Source: an uncultured Coriobacteriaceae bacterium (GTDB lineage: Bacteria > Actinomycetota > Coriobacteriia > Coriobacteriales > Eggerthellaceae). From it: a stretch of DNA of 64,000 bases. Below, in pieces: positions 9,246-17,487 of the stretch. A program made the position numbers and the translations under genes. The notes under the pieces were generated by a model. The model saw only the letters and a list, made by a program, of their open reading frames with translations, was not told the origin of the DNA and searched no databases. Numbering within the stretch: the stretch's first letter is position 1; every line of letters starts with the position of its first letter. Location: the NCBI GenBank assembly GCA_937937585.1, contig CALDCB010000005.1, positions 10,935 through 74,934 on the forward strand, read 5' to 3'.

Positions 9246-11165
9246 CTAATGAGATGCTTTCAGCGCGCGCATAGAGTTTAGGATGGCGAGAACTGACACG
9301 CCGACGTCTCCGAAAACGGCCAGCCACATGGTGGCGATACCGATGAACGGAAGCGCGAGGATCATGATGACGATCTTGACGCCGATGGCGAAGACGATGT
9401 TCTGCCACACGATGCGCATTGTTTTACGTGCGATTTTGATTGCGTCGCCGATCTTGGAGGGCTTATCGTCCATAAGAACGATGTCGGCGGCTTCGATTGC
9501 TGCGTCAGAGCCCATCGCACCCATGGCAATGCCGATGTCGGCGCGCATAAGAACCGGGGCGTCGTTGATACCGTCTCCCACAAAAGCCACCTTGCCTTTG
9601 CCCGACTCGGATGCGATAAGGTGTTCGACGTTGGCAACCTTATCTTGCGGCATGAGCTGCGCGCGATATTCGTCGATGCCAAGTTCTTTTGCGACAGCTG
9701 CGGCGACTTCCTCACGATCGCCAGTGAGCATGACGGTTTTCGAGACGCCAGCGGCATGAAGCGCCTCGATTGTCGCTTTCGCATCGTCTTTGATTACGTC
9801 GGCGATCACGATATGGCCGATATAGGTTCCGTCAAGGGCAACGTGGAGAATGGTTCCAACCAGCTCGCAGTCATGGAAGGGGATGCCGCTTTCTTTCATG
9901 AGCTTGTCGTTTCCAACAAGGACCTTATGTGTGTCGACCGTGGCGGCAACGCCCTTGCCCGAGCGCTCTTCGACCTTAGCGATATGGGTTTGGTCGATGG
10001 CGCCCGAGTAACTTTCTTTGACAGACAGCGCGATGGGGTGATCGGAATAGGCTTCTGCGTGCGCTGCATACGAAAGCACGAGGTCGGGATCGACGCCCGC
10101 TTCGGTGTGAACGGCAACAACGTTGAAGGAGCCGTTTGTAAGCGTGCCCGTCTTGTCGAAGACGACGGTGTTAACCGCCCCAAGGGTTTCCAGATAGCTT
10201 GAACCTTTCACCAGAACGCCGATACGGCTTGCGGCGCCGATTCCGCTGAAGAACGAAAGCGGAACGGAGATGACCAGTGCGCATGGGCAACTGACGACCA
10301 GGAAGACAAGGGCTCCCTGCACGCTTGCCGTAAGGGTTGAGCCGAAGAACGGGCTGACGACGGCGATGAGGGCGGCAAGTCCGACGACGATGGGGGTGTA
10401 GTAGCGGGCGAAGCGCGAGATGAAGTTTTCGGTGCGCGCCTTTTTCTCGCTGGCGTTTTCCACGAGCTCGAGAATGCGTTGTACGGTGGATTCGCCATAT
10501 GGTTTGGTGGTGCGGACGCGAAGAACGCCGGTCATGTTCACGCAACCGGAAATAACCTCGCCGCCTTCTTCTACCACGCGCGGCACGGATTCTCCGGTTA
10601 AGGCACTGGTGTCGAGCTGGCTGCTTCCTTCGATCACGACACCGTCAAGCGGCACGCGCTCACCAGGCTTCACGACGATGACATCGCCGACCTTCACTTC
10701 GCCAGGGTCGACTTGGGCAAGCTCGCCGTTATCGGATTCGACGTTCGCGTAATCAGGGGCGATGTCCATCATTTCCGAGATCGAGCGCCTGGTTCTATTG
10801 GTTGCGTAGCTTTCAAATAGCTCGCCTACCTGGTAGAACAGCATAACGGCAGCGCCTTCGGCCATGTGCGGTTCAGCTTCGGGGAACAAGACGAGTGCGA
10901 ATGCGCCGATGGTGGCAATGGCCATGAGCAAGTTCTCGTCGAAAGGTTGTTTGTGGATGATGCCATGCCAGGCTTTACCGAGAACGTCGTAACCGGCGAT
11001 GAGATAGGGGACAAGAAAGGCTGCGAACTCGAACCAGAGGCCGTAGGGTAGCTGGTCGAAAATGTTAACGACGTCGTCAAGCACGATAAGAGCAAAGAAG
11101 ATCGTTAGCGCTACGACGATGCGGTTGCGTTTCTTGCGCTGCTTTTTCGTAAGGCCTTGGGACAT
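9246..11165 (-). CDS. heavy-metal P1B-type ATPase, Zn/Cd/Pb (P1B-2) signature, no fused metal-binding domain
   Basis: Contains DKTGTLT, GDGINDAP and TGES; CPC in SCPCALVISVP. N-x7-K (NIVFAIGVK) and DxG (GDVGVS) in the last two TM helices are the P1B-2 signatures. Confidence 0.9.
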   Translation of the reverse strand: MSQGLTKKQRKKRNRIVVALTIFFALIVLDDVVNIFDQLPYGLWFEFAAFLVPYLIAGYDVLGKAWHGIIHKQPFDENLLMAIATIGAFALVLFPEAEPHMAEGAAVMLFYQVGELFESYATNRTRRSISEMMDIAPDYANVESDNGELAQVDPGEVKVGDVIVVKPGERVPLDGVVIEGSSQLDTSALTGESVPRVVEEGGEVISGCVNMTGVLRVRTTKPYGESTVQRILELVENASEKKARTENFISRFARYYTPIVVGLAALIAVVSPFFGSTLTASVQGALVFLVVSCPCALVISVPLSFFSGIGAASRIGVLVKGSSYLETLGAVNTVVFDKTGTLTNGSFNVVAVHTEAGVDPDLVLSYAAHAEAYSDHPIALSVKESYSGAIDQTHIAKVEERSGKGVAATVDTHKVLVGNDKLMKESGIPFHDCELVGTILHVALDGTYIGHIVIADVIKDDAKATIEALHAAGVSKTVMLTGDREEVAAAVAKELGIDEYRAQLMPQDKVANVEHLIASESGKGKVAFVGDGINDAPVLMRADIGIAMGAMGSDAAIEAADIVLMDDKPSKIGDAIKIARKTMRIVWQNIVFAIGVKIVIMILALPFIGIATMWLAVFGDVGVSVLAILNSMRALKASH

Positions 11166-11182
11166 GGTGGCTCCTTAAGTGA

Positions 11183-11240
11183 AAAAAGGGGAAAGACGAA
11201 CGGCAAGGCGCGGCGCAGGGTTTGCACGGGCCTTGCCGTT
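11183..11240 (-). promoter_or_regulatory. intra-operon hairpin / possible partial terminator between the HMA gene and the ATPase gene
   Basis: 11-bp perfect stem AACGGCAAGGC (11199-11209) / GCCTTGCCGTT (11230-11240). On the transcribed (minus) strand it is followed by CGTCTTTCCCCTTTTTTC, just before the ATPase RBS. Confidence 0.4.
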
Positions 11241-11284
11241 GGTGTTGACAAGTTGGTTAAATGTGTCGGTGTGGTCGGGCGCTC

Positions 11285-11503
11285 TTAAGCCAGAACCTCG
11301 CAGTCGGGCTCGACGTCGTTGAAGACCTTCACTGATTCCTTCACGATGCTGTCGAACTTGTCATCGGCGGCATCCAAGGTGAATTTCATGGTCATGGCGT
11401 TGATGCTGACGCTGTTGACGCCATCGATCTTGCTGATCTTGTCCTGGATCTTGCCGGCGCAGTTCGCGCAGATCTCGCCGTCGAGTTTGATTGCCTTACG
11501 CAT
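11285..11503 (-). CDS. heavy-metal-associated (HMA) domain protein / metallochaperone
   Basis: 72 aa with a CxxC metal site in GEICANCAGKI and a ferredoxin-like HMA pattern. Sits between the regulator and the ATPase. Confidence 0.85.
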   Translation of the reverse strand: MRKAIKLDGEICANCAGKIQDKISKIDGVNSVSINAMTMKFTLDAADDKFDSIVKESVKVFNDVEPDCEVLA

Positions 11504-11608
11504 GCTGATTCCTTCCAGTGGTTATTGATAGGGTTGTTGGTTATCGCGGGTGACCGCGTGGTTCCTGAGGGGTGTGATGCTTGCGATAGGGTCCATGTGC
11601 GCTCGCTG

Positions 11609-11974
11609 TCATTCGCAAACGTGCGTCAAGCCTTGATCAAGCATGGTGTGGACGTGGCTGTCGGAAAGCGAGTAGACGACGTTTTTGCCGTCGCGCTGGA
11701 ATTTGACAAGGCGCGATTGCTTCAAGATGCGCAACTGGTGAGAGACGGCGCTTTGGGAAGCGCCTACTGTTTCGGCGATGTCTGCAACGCAAAGTTCACC
11801 GTTCATCAGCGCGAACAGGATCTTGATGCGTGTGGTGTCAGAGAAGATCTTGAATAGATCGGCGAGATCATAGAGGATTTCCTCGTCGGGGAGCTCGCTT
11901 TCAAAATCCTCGGTTGACGTGCATGTTTTATGCTGGCAGATCTCTGGATCGTCGTGGTCGTGCGGTACGCTCAT
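11609..11974 (-). CDS. ArsR/SmtB-family metalloregulator with alpha5 (DxHx10Hx2E) site
   Basis: wHTH segment ELCVADIAETVGASQSAVSHQLRILKQSRLV. C-terminal DSHVHTMLDQGLTHVCE fits the SmtB/CzrA alpha5 Zn-site signature. ATG 11974 lies 6 nt after GAAAGGA. The longer ORF start at 11998 lies inside the operator and has no RBS. Confidence 0.85.
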   Translation of the reverse strand: MSVPHDHDDPEICQHKTCTSTEDFESELPDEEILYDLADLFKIFSDTTRIKILFALMNGELCVADIAETVGASQSAVSHQLRILKQSRLVKFQRDGKNVVYSLSDSHVHTMLDQGLTHVCE

Positions 11975-11993
11975 GATCATCCTTTCACGTATC

Positions 11994-12019
11994 GTCATAT
12001 GAACAATCGTTCATATGAC
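11994..12019 (-). promoter_or_regulatory. ArsR/SmtB-type operator (imperfect 12-2-12-like inverted repeat)
   Basis: GTCATATGAAC-N4-GTTCATATGAC, with 11-bp perfect arms, immediately downstream of the -10 element. Confidence 0.75.
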
Positions 12020-12025
12020 GATTTC

Positions 12026-12053
12026 AGTATAGACCGTAGAGGGGGAGAGTCAA
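12026..12053 (-). promoter_or_regulatory. sigma-70-type promoter of the metal-efflux operon
   Basis: On the minus strand: TTGACT (12053-12048), a 16-nt spacer, then TATACT (12031-12026). Confidence 0.7.
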
Positions 12054-12178
12054 GCGTTTGGTAGAGACGGGCCGATGATATTCGCCGAATGGGCTCATGG
12101 GGAAAGGCTGGGAGTTTTACGGCAACCCTCCTATTGCCTTATCATGTGGGGAAATGATCTCAATCGAAAGGCTGCCGC

Positions 12179-13141
12179 ATGGTTTCGGAGCAAGGTTTCA
12201 AAAGTGTTTCCCCCGAGTTTGTTAAGAGGCTTTGCGAGATTTCGGGCAATGAGGGCGTGCTTGTTGATGCGCCCCTGTCTGACTATACGACGTTTCGTAT
12301 TGGCGGCCCCGCCGAGGTTTTGGTTCTTCCTTCAAGTACGGAAGAAGTTGCGGCTGTAGTGGCGGCTTGTCGTGAATTCGGAGCTGAGTGGCGCGTGATG
12401 GGTCTTGGCAGCGACTTGCTGATCTCTGACGCGGGCTTGCCCGGGGTGACCATTAGGTTGGCCGAGAATCTCAGCAGCGTTAAGGTCGAGGGCGATGTTC
12501 TTGTCGCTGAGGCTGGTGCTTCAAACGAACAAGTCGCCCAAGCGGCGCTCGAAGCTGGCCTTGCGGGCTATGAGTTCGCAAGTGGGATTCCTGGCTCTAT
12601 CGGCGGGGCTGCCATCATGGATGCTGGAGCATACGGCGGCGAGTTCAAGGACGTCGCCGTTTCCCTTTCTTGTCTGACGCGAGAGGGCGAGCTAGTCGAG
12701 ATCTCAGCAGAAGAGGCTGCGTGGGGCTATCGCAGGAGCATGATGTCCGATGAAGACATGGTTGTTTTGAGTGCGACGCTTCAGCTTCGTTTCGACGACC
12801 CTACAGCCATTAAAGAGCGCATGGATGACCTAGAGGCGCGCAGGCTTGAGAAGCAGCCCCTTGAGCTTCCGAGCGCAGGCTCAACTTTTAAGCGTCCTGA
12901 GGGGTATTACGCGGGCAAGCTGATTCAAGACGCGGGCTTGCAGGGTTTCCGCATCGGTGGGGCGGAAGTGTCTCGCAAGCACGCCGGCTTCGTTGTGAAC
13001 ATCGGAGGCGCGACGGCCTCCGATGTCGTTAACCTTATCCATGCCGTTCAGCAGGAGGTTTTTGACGATGTCGGCGTTCGGCTTGAGCCCGAGGTTCGCA
13101 TGTGGGGCTTCGACGGGCCCGAAACCGAACGCGGCGAATAG
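12179..13141 (+). CDS. murB: UDP-N-acetylenolpyruvoylglucosamine reductase
   Basis: DYTTFRIGGPAEVLVLP, GxGSDLL, and SAGSTFKRPEGYYAGKLIQDAGLQGFRIGGAEVSRKHAGFVVN are MurB hallmarks. Confidence 0.95.
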   Translation: MVSEQGFKSVSPEFVKRLCEISGNEGVLVDAPLSDYTTFRIGGPAEVLVLPSSTEEVAAVVAACREFGAEWRVMGLGSDLLISDAGLPGVTIRLAENLSSVKVEGDVLVAEAGASNEQVAQAALEAGLAGYEFASGIPGSIGGAAIMDAGAYGGEFKDVAVSLSCLTREGELVEISAEEAAWGYRRSMMSDEDMVVLSATLQLRFDDPTAIKERMDDLEARRLEKQPLELPSAGSTFKRPEGYYAGKLIQDAGLQGFRIGGAEVSRKHAGFVVNIGGATASDVVNLIHAVQQEVFDDVGVRLEPEVRMWGFDGPETERGE

Positions 13142-13152
13142 CGTCGAGAGGG

Positions 13153-16100
13153 TTAGCCTCGACGGCACCTTATGGCGACGGCCGCGGTGACGATGCCGAC
13201 AGCTGCAACGGTTAGAAGGCCGCCAATTGCAATTTTCATCGGGTCTCCCGTTTTCGTGAGACCAGGCTTTTTGCCGGGCGCTTCAGCTTTCGGCGCAGGA
13301 TAAGAGACCGATTGGGGTTTGCTGGATGCGTCCTCATGTGCTGCAATCAACGTGTTCTCGTCTTTGACTCGTTCGAAAACCACTGCGGTTTTCCCTTCGA
13401 GTTTGGCGGAATCGACAGAGATGGCAACCTCGACCTCCCCGTTCGGCGCGTCGGGAATGAAATCCATCGAGTTGCTGCCGATCTCTTCTCGATCGGCGCT
13501 TTTGCCGTCCTCTGCGACGATATGGGCCGAGCCCGTTACAGAGTATTTCTTTCCGGGCGTGAGGTTTTCAAAGCGAATGACGTCGACGATGGTCGAGTTT
13601 TTGGCGATGCTGCCCTCGTGCGACGCGGTCTTTCCATCGCGCGCCAAAGTCATAATCGAGGGGACCGTCAGAGTCTGCTCCTTTGCGTTGATGTCTGCAT
13701 GCGCGGCGACGAGCGTTTCGCCGTCGTAGCACTCCTCGAACATGACGATGGTTTCGCCTTTCAGTTTTGAAGGATCTATCTCGATCTTCACGTCTGCGGT
13801 TCCGGAGGTGGTGTCGGCCGTGAAGCTTGCTTGGGCGCAGATTTCTGTTCCTTCTTCCGTTTTAAGGGCGCCTGCATCGGTGATCGTGCCGTCTTCGGAA
13901 ATGCTGGCAAGATGCGGGGTCGCCTGCAGGGTGTAGGTTTTCCCTTCGATTAGATTTCGGTACTTCACGGTGTCGATGATGGTCGCTTTGCCAAGAACCG
14001 AGGGGACCTCGTTGCTGTCCGACTCGTTGCAGCGCGCCGTCGTTGCGATCGTGGGGAACGAGATGGATTGATCGTCGTCGGAGATGTTTGCATGTTCGGT
14101 TAGCACGATGCCATTGTCAGTCAGTTTTTCGTAGGCGACGACGGTTTCACCTGCAAGATCCGGCGCTTCGAAGCTAAAGGCGACGGACGCTGTCCCATGG
14201 CTTGATTCCGGTACGAATAGTTGAGACGAGCGGATTTCGAAACCGTTCTTATCGACAGCGATGCCGGAATCGATGCCGTCTTTGCTTCTCACGTGCAGCT
14301 CTCCTTCGATAGAGTATGGCTTACCGGGCGCCAGGCCCTCAAAGGAGACCTCGTCAACGAGAACGATTTTGCCCTCGGCCGAAGGTGTGGCGCCTGCATT
14401 CTTGTTGCAAAGATTGGTTTTGATCGAGGGGAACCAAACGGTTTGCTTTTCGTCGGTGATGTCTGAATGCTCTGCCGCTACGTTGCCGTCGACCTCAAGC
14501 GTCTCGAAGGCGACCACAGCGGAGGCGTCGATGGCGGAGGCGTCGAAGGTGAATTCGACATTGGCGGCGCCTTCGGGAGCGGAGGCCTCGAAGGTCGTTT
14601 CGGCGGTCACTTCGCTGCCATCGGCATCGCGGATGGCTCCGGCGTCGGTTTTGTTTCCGTCGGAGTCTTCTTGCATTGCGTGTAACGTTCCTTTGATCGT
14701 GTAGGTCTTTCCAGGAGTGAGCCCGTTGTAAGCGACTTCGTCGATGAGAGTGACACCCGCGCCTTGCGCGCTGGCGTGTCCCCCATTAAGCGTTGCGAGT
14801 TCGGTTCTGATGGAAGGTCCGGGATTGTCGTCGACGGTTCCTAGGTCGAGGTTCGTCTTATCGCGCGAGACTGTGATAGTGAAAGAGACGAGAGCTTTGT
14901 CGGCATTCGCCTTGCAAGGGATCTCTTCGACGACGTATGTGTCATAGGGGAGCGCGCCAAGCGAGTCGTCGGGTTCTGTAGTGATGTCCGTACGACCCGA
15001 GAACCAGATGCCTGTGCGAGAGTCCGGCTTGACGTCGACGATGCCGGTGTTGTCGCTCGAGTCGGCCTTGGGGCCGATCTCGGTGTCGGCGATCCGGTCG
15101 TTCGCGTTCGTCTCGTGCGTGTGGGGATTCCAGTTGGCGGAGGTGTCGACCATGCCGTTCTCGTCGGAGACGACGACATGCGATTCGCCGGTGGTCTTGC
15201 TGGTGATCAGGAACGGAACGTCGGCAAGTCGTTCCATCGTACGGCCGTCGACCTTGCTGAACGAGAAGTCGCCCCTCTTCACCTGATCGTCAACGGAGTT
15301 GGCGGTGCTGGTGAGGTCGTAGACAGCTTCTTCGCGAATCTGGACTGTTTTGCTCCACGAACGCGAGTTCGCGTCCAGCAAGTACCCGTCAGGGGCTTTC
15401 GTTTCCGTGACGATGTAGGTGCCGAAGGGGAGGGCGTTCTCGGTCGTGCGTGCGCAACCGTTCTCGTCGGTTTCGATGGCTGCAACCACGCTGCCAGGCA
15501 AGAATTCGATGCCGTCAACTACGACGGATGCTGCGGAGTCGTTCACGATGCTGAAGACCGCCCCTGCGAGCGTTGCGGATCCCGAGGGAAGATGCCCGCC
15601 GTTCTCGCGGTCGATCTTGCCGACGGCGATTCCGCCGCGTTGAACCTGCTCGGATATGGAAGGAGCGCTGAACGCGAAGACGCTTTCTTCGGTGCCGCCT
15701 CCCGTCACATTGGCAAGGTGGTCGGAGGAGTCGCTGATCAAATAGCCTTGAGGGGCCATGACCTCGCGAATGATCAGCGTTCCTAGGGGCAGCGCAAGCT
15801 GCCCGTCGGTTGTGGTGAACGGGGAGTCGCCGGAGACGAAATAGGGTTCGGTTGAGATTATGCTGCCGTCAGGGCCGTGCACGGGAAACGTGCTGTCCGG
15901 GGAGGTGGGGTTGATTCGGCCGCTCTCGTCGGTTTGCATGATCCAGACGCGCTTCGCGACGCCGGAGTTCGCTGCGGCTTCTGCTTCGGTGCGCGAAGAG
16001 TACTGGCCACCGTAGAACGAGAACTCGAACTGCGCTTTCGCGAGCGATGCGTCTCCTTGTGCTTCGTTGCGGTCGGTGTCGCCGTCTGCTTTCGAAACAA

Positions 16101-17097
16101 GAAGGGAGACTGGGTTGCTTTGCGGGGCTTCCTTCACTTCTTTCGTCGTGATCTCCCCGCTGTTCACGGTTGCCTCGTAGATGGTTTCGTCGAGTGCGAA
16201 TCCAGGCGAAGGGGAGATCTCTTTGATGCAGTATGTTCCGCGTTTGATATCGTCGACCTGCGCTTTGCCAGCAGCGTCCGTGGTCATCGTCGTCACGGCG
16301 TCAACGCTGTCTTGAGCTTGGGAACGCGAGGGATAGACGCCGTAGACGGCTCCTTCGAGCGAGTAATTTTCGTTTCCATCCGTCATGTCGGTATTAGCTG
16401 AGCTTTTTGCTAGCGCAAGAGAGCCCGTCGAGGCCACGCCGCGGTAAACGGTGAATTTTGACCAATGCCCTTTGCCGTGCCCGCTGGTCATGTTCCATAT
16501 ACCCGGCAGCGTTGACCCTGGGTTCGCATCGAGGCCCTGGAGCATGGTTCCTCGGTTGCCGTAAATGTCCGCGAATGAGTTTGTGAAGGCGTGGTAGACC
16601 ATGACGATGCCGTCGACGCGTTCGCCGATGACGCCCATATGTGTGGGTTCGCTGACGCCTGCGCTGTAGAAGAAAATGATGTCTCCCGGCTCCATGCGTT
16701 CGTCTCGAAGGTCGCCTCCCGCGCCTTGCATCACGAAGCTGCCTTGTGCGGCGAGCTCGTTTTCGAAGGTGGTGGTGTAATGGGTGTAGTTCGTGTTCCC
16801 GCAGGTGCTGAACGCCCAGCTTGCGTAGCCTGAGCAATCCCAGCCGGATTCGTCGGAGCCTCCGAACAGGTAGGGGACGCCGAGCCCCCTTTCAAGAAAA
16901 GGCTTCAACTCGTCCCATGTCGTGTTGCTGGCGGGTGCCGGCTCGTTTCCTGCAAGCGCCATCCTTGGCAGCGCCAGAGAGGGAGCGGCCAGCATGAGCA
17001 TCAATAGAATCGCGAGGATGCAACGGAGGGTTCGGAATGGGATTGATTGCCGAAGCGTGTTTTCCGCCGAACTCCCGATTCGGTTACTTGAAATCAT
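13153..17097 (-). CDS. cell-wall-anchored surface protein: signal peptide + NlpC/P60 + 4 SpaA/CnaB-type domains + 4 VaFE/ester-bond repeats + LTKTG sorting signal
   Basis: Signal peptide ends ...PRMALA. NlpC/P60 motifs GWDCSGY and PTHMGVIG. SpaA/CnaB pattern appears repeatedly (e.g. LAGAVFSIV...ETDENGCARTTENALPFGTYIVTETKAPDGYLLD). C-terminus is LTKTG + hydrophobic helix + RCRRG. Confidence 0.9.
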   Translation of the reverse strand: MISSNRIGSSAENTLRQSIPFRTLRCILAILLMLMLAAPSLALPRMALAGNEPAPASNTTWDELKPFLERGLGVPYLFGGSDESGWDCSGYASWAFSTCGNTNYTHYTTTFENELAAQGSFVMQGAGGDLRDERMEPGDIIFFYSAGVSEPTHMGVIGERVDGIVMVYHAFTNSFADIYGNRGTMLQGLDANPGSTLPGIWNMTSGHGKGHWSKFTVYRGVASTGSLALAKSSANTDMTDGNENYSLEGAVYGVYPSRSQAQDSVDAVTTMTTDAAGKAQVDDIKRGTYCIKEISPSPGFALDETIYEATVNSGEITTKEVKEAPQSNPVSLLVSKADGDTDRNEAQGDASLAKAQFEFSFYGGQYSSRTEAEAAANSGVAKRVWIMQTDESGRINPTSPDSTFPVHGPDGSIISTEPYFVSGDSPFTTTDGQLALPLGTLIIREVMAPQGYLISDSSDHLANVTGGGTEESVFAFSAPSISEQVQRGGIAVGKIDRENGGHLPSGSATLAGAVFSIVNDSAASVVVDGIEFLPGSVVAAIETDENGCARTTENALPFGTYIVTETKAPDGYLLDANSRSWSKTVQIREEAVYDLTSTANSVDDQVKRGDFSFSKVDGRTMERLADVPFLITSKTTGESHVVVSDENGMVDTSANWNPHTHETNANDRIADTEIGPKADSSDNTGIVDVKPDSRTGIWFSGRTDITTEPDDSLGALPYDTYVVEEIPCKANADKALVSFTITVSRDKTNLDLGTVDDNPGPSIRTELATLNGGHASAQGAGVTLIDEVAYNGLTPGKTYTIKGTLHAMQEDSDGNKTDAGAIRDADGSEVTAETTFEASAPEGAANVEFTFDASAIDASAVVAFETLEVDGNVAAEHSDITDEKQTVWFPSIKTNLCNKNAGATPSAEGKIVLVDEVSFEGLAPGKPYSIEGELHVRSKDGIDSGIAVDKNGFEIRSSQLFVPESSHGTASVAFSFEAPDLAGETVVAYEKLTDNGIVLTEHANISDDDQSISFPTIATTARCNESDSNEVPSVLGKATIIDTVKYRNLIEGKTYTLQATPHLASISEDGTITDAGALKTEEGTEICAQASFTADTTSGTADVKIEIDPSKLKGETIVMFEECYDGETLVAAHADINAKEQTLTVPSIMTLARDGKTASHEGSIAKNSTIVDVIRFENLTPGKKYSVTGSAHIVAEDGKSADREEIGSNSMDFIPDAPNGEVEVAISVDSAKLEGKTAVVFERVKDENTLIAAHEDASSKPQSVSYPAPKAEAPGKKPGLTKTGDPMKIAIGGLLTVAAVGIVTAAVAIRCRRG
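13300..14820 (-). repeat. four tandem ~125-aa VaFE-type Ig-like repeats (coding repeats within the surface protein, aa 760-1266)
   Basis: Each unit starts P(S/T)IxT, contains VVAFE / VVAYE / IVMFE / VVFER, and ends H-x-(D/N)-x2-x-x2-Q followed by (T/S)(V/I/L)x(F/V/Y)P. Confidence 0.85.
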
Positions 17098-17487
17098 GTA
17101 TGCCCCTTTCTTAGGTCGGATGTTTCGAGGGGCAGTGCTTGCGGGGTTCGTTTAGCGTTCGATAGGTGCGAAACGCCGCCATCTCGTAACTGGTGGGAGG
17201 CGTACGCTACACGTTCGTTCTGTCAGCCGTTCAACCGCTGTCGAACGTCTACATGACGGTTTTAGGCATTTTCCCTGACAGGGATTTCCTGTTTTCAATC
17301 GAAGATTAAGCGTTGGTTACCAACTATTTCGCATCTTGTGTTTGCCGCCGCAGGGCGCTTTTCGTTGCCGTACAATGAGGTGCGTTTTTTCGAGAGGCAA
17401 GCGATTGGCCGAGGGCTCGCTTGATTTGTGATCCTCGTTCAATGAAAAGCCTGCCGAGCATAAATCGATTCTTCGAAGGGGATGCTC

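Noticed and set aside
17098-17330. A c-di-AMP (ydaO-type) riboswitch in the 5' region of the NlpC/P60 surface-protein gene (minus strand). This class often precedes wall hydrolases in Actinobacteria.
   Set aside because: Only an ACGCTTAATC-like segment (minus strand, about 17303-17312) resembles the motif. The G-rich conserved segments (GGGGA…CCA, GGUGAAUC-like) are absent. The TCCCTGACAGGGA palindrome at 17272-17284 is noted but unexplained.
17098-17487. A glmS ribozyme upstream of glmS.
   Set aside because: I could not find the conserved ribozyme core elements. The region downstream of the only decent -10 (TACAAT, 17371-76) is only ~110 nt and does not resemble the ribozyme. A covariance-model scan (Rfam glmS) would settle it.
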